This document shows positions 54,496 through 62,755 of a DNA stretch of 64,000 nucleotides, piece by piece. Location: NCBI GenBank assembly GCA_937625935.1, contig OW569346.1, positions 558,001 to 622,000 on the forward strand, in the 5' to 3' direction. Every line of letters starts with the position of its first letter. Position 1 is the stretch's first letter. The stretch is from Tetramitus jugosus. Its lineage: Eukaryota > Protista > Heterolobosea. The notes beneath the pieces are model-generated. The model saw nothing but the letters and a program-made list of their open reading frames with translations. It was not told the DNA's origin and made no database searches. The position numbers and the translations under genes were made by a program.

Positions 54496-56781
54496 TTATT
54501 GAGTGTCATCCGTTACCATGAGATATACTGGGAATAAGAACACAAACTCTTGGCTCGTCTTCTTATTGATACATCTGAGCTGATTCAGCTGTTGTAATCC
54601 GTTCTGAACAGCCACAAAGCACAGCTTGAACCGGCCGGTATCATTAGCCCTGATTATACCAATGTCCACGCACCCATCTTGACAAATTAGAGATGAATCA
54701 GTTGAGAGCTGAGATTCGATTGTTAAATCCAAGTCAGCTGCAGTATAGTTTGATATGAGAATTTCGACATCGAATGGCTGTAATAACTTGACAGATTCGG
54801 GACATGAGATCGAAGTTTGAATACCACCAATCAAATCAACACTCACCCATCGAACCATCACATTCTGCTTGAAATCACTACTCAACCCATTGATAGAGTA
54901 GTCAATGGTAATTGGTGTAGCATATTCGGATAGCATATTTGTTTGTACAATTGCTGCACTTTTGCGTGTGCCTCGTGCAGTAGCCAACGGCTTAATCGTC
55001 ACCTTCGAAGCACTATAATCATTCACAGAATCGTCCTTGTCAGATGTTCGAACTGACCGATCTGTTGGACACACTAAAAAGGTGATCGAGTACTGTTCTC
55101 CAGGCTTGACAGTGACCGGAAAGATATTCTTATCGACAAACGTTTCGTACAGCTCAGTGATTTCGGATTGTTTCTGAACAGATGTTTTCGATATGGATAG
55201 CTCACTGATGTTTGGTTGTTGAACTTGGTCGTCATCATCTCTATTGCTGCTCAGTTGTTTGACTGCGTCATCCGGGGTTAAATATCGTACAACTTTGGAA
55301 GCAAGGAGGTGCATGTTGGAATCCTTTAACACGATTTCATAATGTGGGTGAATGTTTTGAACATGCAACTGCACATATGCCTTGTTTGTCAACAATTGAG
55401 AACTCCATGTAATGTTCATGGGATTAATCAACGTAACAGGCACACACAATGCACAGAGAAAGATCTTCTCCTTAATGTAATGTCTGCTTGTTTCGTATGC
55501 CAACAACAGATCCAACTCCTTTCGTCTGTTCAAATTCATGTCTGATGCCGCGTCCGCAATGTTCTTTCCTGTCATCATACTGGCTACGTTTGATTCGTCA
55601 GCAGTGGTGCTACCATCTGATGCTTGTTGATTCATTCGAGTGTCAGCCAGAGTCTTAACCACCAAATCAGAAAACTGTTCAGATGATATGTACAACTCAG
55701 TGATCAAATACAGAGGGATATCCATATTGAAGAATCTTGCATCATCGACATGGACTTGAGTGTGGAAGGAACGTCCATTGAACGGTCCCTCCTTTGGTGT
55801 CGAAACATTTTTCATGGAAACGGCATGACTGTTCATTGTTTGCTTCGTAATGGACACTCCTTTGAAAATGTAAAAATCAATGTCATCGTCTTCCACGGAT
55901 GTTGATGCTGATGATGACGATGAGGCACCTCTATCACCTCTATCACCACCACTACCACCACCAGTATTGCCCGTCGAGGGATTATTAGTCGAAGAAAGAT
56001 TACTCGTGCTCATACTTCTATTCATACTCGATGATTTGTCCATTGAAGTGGCAAGTGAGGTCGATGATGCCGATGAAGATAACGATGAAGATGCCGGTGT
56101 AGACGATGATGATGATGATCCCACAAATCTCCTACTGTTCATACTGTCCTTATCAGATCCCATTCGCTTAATAATGACACTCGTACTGGAATGAGCACCG
56201 TTACTGGATGTGAAATGAGTAGGCATCGTATGACTCATGTAACTCTTCATGTGTAACGTACTGAATATTTGATTCCACAGTTGCATGCACGTCTCTTCCA
56301 ATTGATCACTGGGAACTGCTTTCAAATTGAACACGTTGATGAATTGTTTCTTGAGGTGTTGATCCATGAAACTGACACCTCTGGCACCACCTGTTGTTGT
56401 TCTTTGAGATGTAGTGTTGGTAGTGTTCGTAGTCTGTTGATCGAGAATGACACTTTTGTCTGGATAGATATCAACAGTCAAATCCACTGTTTCGCCCATG
56501 AAGACTACGTGTCTTCGATTTTTTCTGCAAATGCCATTGACTGGTGATGGGGACAATGTTGTGGATGATGGTTGTTTGGTTGTGGATGGTGTTGGTGTTG
56601 GTGAGGTTGATGGTGCACCACTCGTACTACTGTCCACTGAAAGAGTCGTTGAGGGGTTGTTGGATGGATGGGAGAGATGAATCTTGGGTTGTTGAGTCAA
56701 GAGAATATCATAGCGAGTGATACCTGCCACTAACAATTGCTCAATATCGTGCTCGCTCTCAGAATACTTGCTATTGTTCAT
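54496..56781 (-). CDS. TRAPP II-specific subunit-like protein (TRAPPC14/Trs65/TRAPPC13 family)
   Basis: N-terminal RRHVVFMGETVDLTVDI, FPVTVKPGEQYSITF, and a C-terminal Ig-like domain (PESVKLLQPFDVEILISN..F..VQNGLQQL). Confidence 0.65.
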   Translation of the reverse strand: MNNSKYSESEHDIEQLLVAGITRYDILLTQQPKIHLSHPSNNPSTTLSVDSSTSGAPSTSPTPTPSTTKQPSSTTLSPSPVNGICRKNRRHVVFMGETVDLTVDIYPDKSVILDQQTTNTTNTTSQRTTTGGARGVSFMDQHLKKQFINVFNLKAVPSDQLEETCMQLWNQIFSTLHMKSYMSHTMPTHFTSSNGAHSSTSVIIKRMGSDKDSMNSRRFVGSSSSSSTPASSSLSSSASSTSLATSMDKSSSMNRSMSTSNLSSTNNPSTGNTGGGSGGDRGDRGASSSSSASTSVEDDDIDFYIFKGVSITKQTMNSHAVSMKNVSTPKEGPFNGRSFHTQVHVDDARFFNMDIPLYLITELYISSEQFSDLVVKTLADTRMNQQASDGSTTADESNVASMMTGKNIADAASDMNLNRRKELDLLLAYETSRHYIKEKIFLCALCVPVTLINPMNITWSSQLLTNKAYVQLHVQNIHPHYEIVLKDSNMHLLASKVVRYLTPDDAVKQLSSNRDDDDQVQQPNISELSISKTSVQKQSEITELYETFVDKNIFPVTVKPGEQYSITFLVCPTDRSVRTSDKDDSVNDYSASKVTIKPLATARGTRKSAAIVQTNMLSEYATPITIDYSINGLSSDFKQNVMVRWVSVDLIGGIQTSISCPESVKLLQPFDVEILISNYTAADLDLTIESQLSTDSSLICQDGCVDIGIIRANDTGRFKLCFVAVQNGLQQLNQLRCINKKTSQEFVFLFPVYLMVTDDTQ

Positions 56782-57194
56782 GACGAAAAAGAGATTGTTC
56801 TTTGTGTTACTGGTCAAATGTTCGTTCTGATGATTTTTGAGTGATAATTCTCCGTTCTGAGAGAGACAAGAGCAACAAATGCAGGCAGCGGTGGAATCCT
56901 AAATCTCAAGTACGTACGAAACTCTCAAGAAGAACATAACAGAAGGTTTCCCTTTGAAAATTCACCAAGCCTGGGTCGTTGTATCTGCGATTCAAATCTC
57001 CGATTTGTAATTTTCCTCCAACCAACGTTACAATGCGTAAGGTTCAATGATGTCGCAAAACAATTCTATTGATAGAACTTTGATCAGCACACAGAACAAC
57101 AAACAAAACATTTGCTTCGCTGCATAGAAATCAAATCAACCTTCAAAAAGCTCCTGTACTTTCCCAACAACATCCAATATAGTGTTTTGCAAAA

Positions 57195-58140
57195 ATGTTC
57201 TTAATGGTTTGTATCACCGTGAATCATCTATTCTAATGGATGTGATCTCTCTTCTAACATGAAAACCCCATTTTTTTATAAATATTTTTGCAATGAAATT
57301 TCTATCATCTATGTTTTGCTGCTGAAACCATGTCTGAATGCGCTTCTCGATCGAAACAAACGACGACTCATTGAACCACTTCTTAAAACACATTCTATGG
57401 AACTACACACACACACACAGAGAAGTGAATATGACAGAGGTGTCAACACCTTTTCACCTGAAGGCAGACTCTTCCAAGTCGAATATGCCATTGAAGCCAT
57501 CAAGCTCGGCTCCACTGCAGTCGGTCTTCAAACACCAGAAGGTGTCGTTCTTGCTGTAGAAAAGAGATTGACATCCACATTGTTGGAACCGTCCAGTGTG
57601 GAGAAGATTATGGAGATTGATACTCATTTGGGTTGTGCCATGAGTGGATTGACAGCCGATGCGAGAACAATGATTGAGCATGCGAGAGTAGAGACTCAGA
57701 ATCACAGATTTACCTACAATGAACCAATGACTGTCGAGTCGTGCACACAAGCTGTCTGTGACTTGGCATTGCGATTCGGAGAAGGTGACAAGGAAGAGAG
57801 AGGCATGAGTAGACCTTTTGGTGTCGCTCTGTTGATTGCTGGAATTGATGAGAATGGTCCTGCACTGTATCACACAGATCCTAGTGGCACATTTGTTCGT
57901 TATGAAGCAAAGGCCATTGGAGCAGGTTCAGAAGGTGCTCAGACAACACTGCAGGACGAATATCACAGATCGATGAGTCTCGAGGATGCTGAAACTTTGG
58001 CATTGACCATTTTGAAACAAGTCATGGAAGAGAAGATTAACTCTACCAATGTTGAGATTGCTAGCATCACTGTCAGTGATCCATTCTTCCGAATCTATGA
58101 CAAGCAACAATTAGAGACCATTATTGCTCGATTGAAGTAA
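57195..58140 (+). CDS. PSMA5: 20S proteasome subunit alpha-5, 2 exons
   Basis: Mini-exon ATGTTCTTAATG (57195-57206) and intron 57207-57420 (GTTTGT..CAG) give [35 protein letters not shown]; also [10 protein letters not shown]. Confidence 0.95.
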
Positions 58141-58316
58141 TTCAATCATTACTTGTTTGCTGTATATTTTTCATCTTCCATTTTCAAATAAAGTCCTTGT
58201 ATAAAAACTGAAATACGATTTGTTTTTTGTTTGTGCAGGTGTTGCATTTGGTTGTGGTGGGAGTGGATTGATTGGTAATCCAGTCGTGGTTGTTGCAACA
58301 AATTTATTTACTACGA

Positions 58317-58886
58317 TTATTGCTCAGAGGATGATGGTGTGGCTTCTTGCATTGGCTCCATCAATCGGATCAAGTGATCCAACATGGTTGAACGAGTCAA
58401 GATTCCGACCAACTTCTTCTCATTCTTCTTGGTTACGGGCAAACATCCGCGCTTGCTCATCGACATGACCTTACATGCATCCACAATTGTATCATTCTCT
58501 GTGACAGTCAACAGATTGTGCGACATGGCTTCCTGAACCTTGTGCTGTGCCAATTTCTTCATATTGTCTGCAATGTTAATCTCTGGACTGAGAACAGGTG
58601 AAGAAGAAGCCAATCGAATGTCTCTATCGGTCAAAACACCCAACAGTTCACCATGATTCTTCTTGTCTACTACTGGTAGATGACGAATGTGATGAGTGAG
58701 CATCAGATGCAATGCTTCGTCAAGAGTGCTCTGCGGTTCAATTGTGATCAACTTTTGATCTGCAATCAAGTGTTTGACGAGCTTCTTTTCTTGGCTGTTA
58801 TGATTCTTGAGGGTCGAATGAACAAATCTTGTACTTGTTGTTGAAACAGGCTTGATTCGAAGGGATAGTTGAGCGAGGCGTTGCAT
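58317..58886 (-). CDS. CBS-pair (Bateman) protein with probable mitochondrial presequence
   Basis: IRHLPVVD..GVLTDRDI and GCLPVT..GILTRS; basic/hydroxylated N-terminus MQRLAQLSLRIKPVSTTSTRF. Confidence 0.85.
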   Translation of the reverse strand: MQRLAQLSLRIKPVSTTSTRFVHSTLKNHNSQEKKLVKHLIADQKLITIEPQSTLDEALHLMLTHHIRHLPVVDKKNHGELLGVLTDRDIRLASSSPVLSPEINIADNMKKLAQHKVQEAMSHNLLTVTENDTIVDACKVMSMSKRGCLPVTKKNEKKLVGILTRSTMLDHLIRLMEPMQEATPSSSEQ

Positions 58887-59136
58887 TTTGGGATCCGTTG
58901 TCAATGTTGATCTATGGTTGCTTTTTCGTTTGGTTCCTTTTTCAATGTTTTTTGAAGAGGTCAATTTATTAATTGTGCCCCTTCAAAAGCTTTGCCGCAG
59001 TGAGATCGCTGGTCACCAAGATCGCTGCCAAACACGAAAACCCGCAGGTCGCAACTTCGAACAATAGGAACCACAAGCGTAAGCGAGTAGGCGCGGCTAG
59101 CGCGCAGGAATTTCAGTTTTGACATCCTTTCAAGGA

Positions 59137-59207
59137 GCATTGATGGTGTAGAGGCAGCATCTCAGCCTTCCAAGCTGAGGACCCGGGTTCGATTCCCGGT
59201 CAATGCA
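59137..59207 (+). tRNA. tRNA-Gly(TCC)
   Basis: Acceptor stem GCATTGA/TCAATGC, anticodon arm TCAGC-CTTCCAA-GCTGA, T-arm CCGGG-TTCGATT-CCCGG; 71 nt, followed by TTTT. Confidence 0.97.
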
Positions 59208-59247
59208 TTTTGATCATTTTTCGATCATCCAAACCCAAAACTCAAGC

Positions 59248-60879
59248 ATGAACAAAGAAACAACCACCACACCTCTCTCGCTCAACAATGTCTATGTTCC
59301 CTTCTTTGTTTATCAGATTCTAGAGCACATACACGTCGTCGAATACCATTCGGCACCCGAAGCCTTAACCGACCGTCACCATCATCAATTCATCTGGAAA
59401 GCTAAACTTTCTGCTTCTCCACAAGAACAACAACAACAGACAAGAACAACAACCATGATATCATCATCATCCTCGTCACCCAGGGACCACAATAATAATA
59501 ATGATGATAGTGAGGATAGGAAAGATCATTTTGCATACATCAAAGTCAATCGATGTTCCATCATGGGATACATTACAAGTGTCGACTATTATTTGAATCG
59601 AAAGGTGACATTGACAGTGGATGATGGCACTGGTCATTCCATCAAGTGCATTCAATGGTTTTCAAGTGATGATCATACTCATAATCATACTCATAGGACT
59701 ACTAATACTCATAATACTACTACTACTCAGCAGTCATATACGATTGGTCAATTGATTGAATTGAAGGGAAGATTACACTATTATAAGAAGTTTAAGCAAA
59801 TTGTGATTGAACGGGTGAATAAGGTGTCAGACAATGACCAGAATGGTCATTTACAAGAGTGTCATTTCTGGATACAGTGCATCAAGAATCAACAGGCGAT
59901 ACTGGAAGAAGAAAATGCACGTATTCGAATACTTGAAAGACAACAACAACAGAAGAAGAATATGAAGAATAATTCGGATAATGGTGATGATGCTGATGAG
60001 AGATTGAAACGATTGAAGATTAGTGACAAGGTTGAATCGTGGTTTGGGCATATGCTTCATCACAGAATTACGACTCTTACAGACGAGTTTCTTTCTTCTT
60101 CTTCTTCTGCTTCCTCTATTCATCAAAAGACAGTGGAGCAGGAGAAGAAGAATAATGAGGATAATTGTGCTGTGAGTCGTGATGACGATACTCGTTCAAT
60201 TCATCGAAAACAAAAAATATTCTCGGTTCAGGATTTTCTAGCACAGTCTGACAATGATTCTGCTGCTGCTGCTGGTGGAGATGATGAAGGGTTAGCTTCA
60301 TGGATGGATCAAGTATTTGCACAATATGAACAATGGCTGGTCACGTTATTGAATGATGATGATAGTGAAAACAATCAGGGTAGTGCAAACAAGAGACATG
60401 TGCCTGCAGCAATTCAAGGAGAATCATCTGCACGTGAAGAGGAAAAGAAGGCTGTATTGTTGCGCGTGTTGAATCGATTATTAGATTCCAATTACATTAT
60501 TCATATCGAATGGGACAATGGTGCTCCTCGGATCAATCCTTGCATGATTATTGATACGTCCAGTCATTTTCAATGCATTACACTGCGTCATCATTTACTG
60601 ATAGTAATTGAGGAGTATGTGAGAAGTAGACAGAAACAACAGCAACTTCAGCAGCAGAGAAACAATCAGTCAACGAGTCGTACGCATTCTGCTGTGGTTG
60701 GACAGCATAGCCATCACGAAGATGGAGTCCCTCTGTCGTTTATTTACACTGCAGTTCGATCCATGAGAGAGTTCTCGAGAATCAGTGATCAAATGTTCCG
60801 CGAGTGTATCGAATATATGATCAATGAGAGCATCATGTATGAAACATCGAGGCATCAATGTTACAAAGTTATTGAATGA
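59248..60879 (+). CDS. STN1: CST complex subunit Stn1-like (OB fold + winged helices)
   Basis: IMGYITSV..LTVDDGTG..IKCIQW, IGQLIELKGRL..KQIVIE, ECHFW; C-terminal winged-helix-like FRECIEYMINESIMYE. The length favours Stn1 over RPA2. Confidence 0.7.
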   Translation: MNKETTTTPLSLNNVYVPFFVYQILEHIHVVEYHSAPEALTDRHHHQFIWKAKLSASPQEQQQQTRTTTMISSSSSSPRDHNNNNDDSEDRKDHFAYIKVNRCSIMGYITSVDYYLNRKVTLTVDDGTGHSIKCIQWFSSDDHTHNHTHRTTNTHNTTTTQQSYTIGQLIELKGRLHYYKKFKQIVIERVNKVSDNDQNGHLQECHFWIQCIKNQQAILEEENARIRILERQQQQKKNMKNNSDNGDDADERLKRLKISDKVESWFGHMLHHRITTLTDEFLSSSSSASSIHQKTVEQEKKNNEDNCAVSRDDDTRSIHRKQKIFSVQDFLAQSDNDSAAAAGGDDEGLASWMDQVFAQYEQWLVTLLNDDDSENNQGSANKRHVPAAIQGESSAREEEKKAVLLRVLNRLLDSNYIIHIEWDNGAPRINPCMIIDTSSHFQCITLRHHLLIVIEEYVRSRQKQQQLQQQRNNQSTSRTHSAVVGQHSHHEDGVPLSFIYTAVRSMREFSRISDQMFRECIEYMINESIMYETSRHQCYKVIE

Positions 60880-60970
60880 TAATTTTGTGCTTCATGACAA
60901 GTTCGCTTGAAATGTATTGTTTATTATTTACATGCTGAGCTCCCCCCATACGATCATGCGATGACACATA

Positions 60971-62332
60971 TTAGGCTGGTGATTGTTTCCAAACGGGCTG
61001 GCTGAGTAACTGTCCAACTGAGACACAAGCACACTCCGATGGAGCGCTGCACACCATTATCACTTTCGAAAGACCAGTGAGTTTGTGTGCACTCTTCACC
61101 GCATACTCTGTCCTCCCGTTGAGCGTGAACAAGTCACTCGGATCAGTGTATTGCCATCGCCCAAAGTCAACGAGGAAAGTCCAGTCCCAGTAACTGCCCT
61201 GTGACGTCTTAAGAAGTTTTAGCTTATTTTTCTTGTAATCAAAGACCCTACCCTTGTGGATAAAGTTGAGTCTCTCTGCTCTCCAATATTCTTCCGTATT
61301 ATTACCGTACAAATGCAGGGTCTGATCGAACATTGGTACTGTGAGTTCTTTGATGGTTTTCGTGTCAGTGGAGTTGCAGATGACACTCAATAGGTTTGGC
61401 AGTCCTCCAGTCACACAAACACCACCACAAGTCACAGAAGGAGATAACGAAGCTCTAGCCTCCCTACTTTTGGCATGCGTAACCTCTTGCGTGACGTCCA
61501 TATCTCTTTCGACTGGTGCAAAATCGACCAACTTCAAGGGATCTCCTCTGACGTTCATCTCGAAAGAATGCAGTAGGGATCTCGGTCCCTTGGGACACAC
61601 TTGGTTCGCATGCAGCTGCAACTTTATATGAATCAATTTCTGTTCAGCATCATGTTCTTCTACTATCATCTTTGCCAGACAGGAGGATATCGTTCGGGTG
61701 TCGGGGGTAGCCACTACTAAGCCCCAACTAAGGACAGGAAAAGGGAGGATTTTCGTTTGCCTCGAGATTGGTTCTTTGTAGGTCTTCTCTACCTTTGCAA
61801 TTGGCGGTGAGACTTGATCTTGTGTTGGACTACTACATAACGCCAGCACCTCATCAATGCTCTCTCTTATTTTTTCACCATTTTCGTCTGTCACTTCAAA
61901 CACCAAATGTTCCACCGTGCAGCCCTCTTGTTGAGATATCTGCACTAGTCCGTCACCAATCTCCTTTGCAGGGATATTCGACTGATCAAGATCTTCAAGT
62001 AACTTGTCAATGGACAGACGTGATGCAGCTGACTCATCTGATCCAACGCACGGTGTTTCACTTCCGTCCTCTTCCATGTACTTTATGGATGTATCGCTTG
62101 AGGGCTGCGCGTCATTGGGACATGGTGGAAATGTCATGTATTCGTTTTCCAACCTATCAAATAATAAATCATGGGTTGAGAGGTTTGCTAGATCGTTCCT
62201 TAGTCCCCGCAGGTTCCTATCCATTTCATCGCCTTCATCCTCTGAGGAATTATCAATTGGGAGTTCTCCGACGAGATCATTGTATCGCACAGACTTGGTC
62301 GAAGGTGGGCGCTTGACACGATTTGGGTCCAT
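60971..62332 (-). CDS. Hypothetical protein (acidic N-terminus, beta-rich C-terminus)
   Basis: 453-aa ATG-initiated intronless ORF; no family recognised. Confidence 0.65.
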   Translation of the reverse strand: MDPNRVKRPPSTKSVRYNDLVGELPIDNSSEDEGDEMDRNLRGLRNDLANLSTHDLLFDRLENEYMTFPPCPNDAQPSSDTSIKYMEEDGSETPCVGSDESAASRLSIDKLLEDLDQSNIPAKEIGDGLVQISQQEGCTVEHLVFEVTDENGEKIRESIDEVLALCSSPTQDQVSPPIAKVEKTYKEPISRQTKILPFPVLSWGLVVATPDTRTISSCLAKMIVEEHDAEQKLIHIKLQLHANQVCPKGPRSLLHSFEMNVRGDPLKLVDFAPVERDMDVTQEVTHAKSREARASLSPSVTCGGVCVTGGLPNLLSVICNSTDTKTIKELTVPMFDQTLHLYGNNTEEYWRAERLNFIHKGRVFDYKKNKLKLLKTSQGSYWDWTFLVDFGRWQYTDPSDLFTLNGRTEYAVKSAHKLTGLSKVIMVCSAPSECACVSVGQLLSQPVWKQSPA

Positions 62333-62456
62333 CTTTGGAATAAGACAAATGATGGTGTGTTGTTGCGAATGACGATCCGATATTATCTTTCAGTGTGGTT
62401 CTTTCGAAACGGTAGTCCAAGTTAGTGGTAGTCTAAAATCGATCGATGGTTGACGA

Positions 62457-62477
62457 GATCACGTGATCCTATAAAAG
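62457..62477 (+). promoter_or_regulatory. Palindromic E-box followed by TATA box
   Basis: 12-bp palindrome GATCACGTGATC (62457-62468), then TATAAAAG (62470-62477), in intergenic DNA. Confidence 0.45.
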
Positions 62478-62755
62478 GGAATACTTTGGTATCATACTGG
62501 CTCATATCTTCATGAAAATCGAACCGGTATTGCAACTACTGAAATCAAGGAATCACCAGACTCACCACTGGTTTCAAGAGTCATATCCTGCCATATGTTT
62601 CTTTCGTTCATCGGTTCGAATTGCTCTCACATTGGTGTGTCAATACAAACACGAAAGCAAAACTTTTTTGTTTCATGACAAGTACTTTCATTTGGAATAA
62701 TACGTTAGATTTGTAGATTTGTGCAATGACATCTATTGTTCTTTTGGATCCTGTT

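Noticed and set aside
56857-57020. Possible upstream exon of the TRAPP-like gene via a GTACGT..CAG intron (56917-56857)
   Set aside because: The upstream frame has no ATG before a stop, and ATG 56781 already gives a plausible N-terminus.
58988-59136. U4 snRNA-like start (AGCTTTGCCGCAGTG), SRP-Alu-like GGCGCGG..GCGCG, and RNase P CR-I-like GGAATTTCAG
   Set aside because: No U4 stem I (UGCUAAU) or kink-turn, no Alu UGU motif, and no P4 partner strand.
59229-59239. CCAAACCCAAA, resembling a telomerase template for TTTGGG, next to STN1
   Set aside because: It lies in the ordinary C/A-rich leader, with no room for the telomerase RNA structure.
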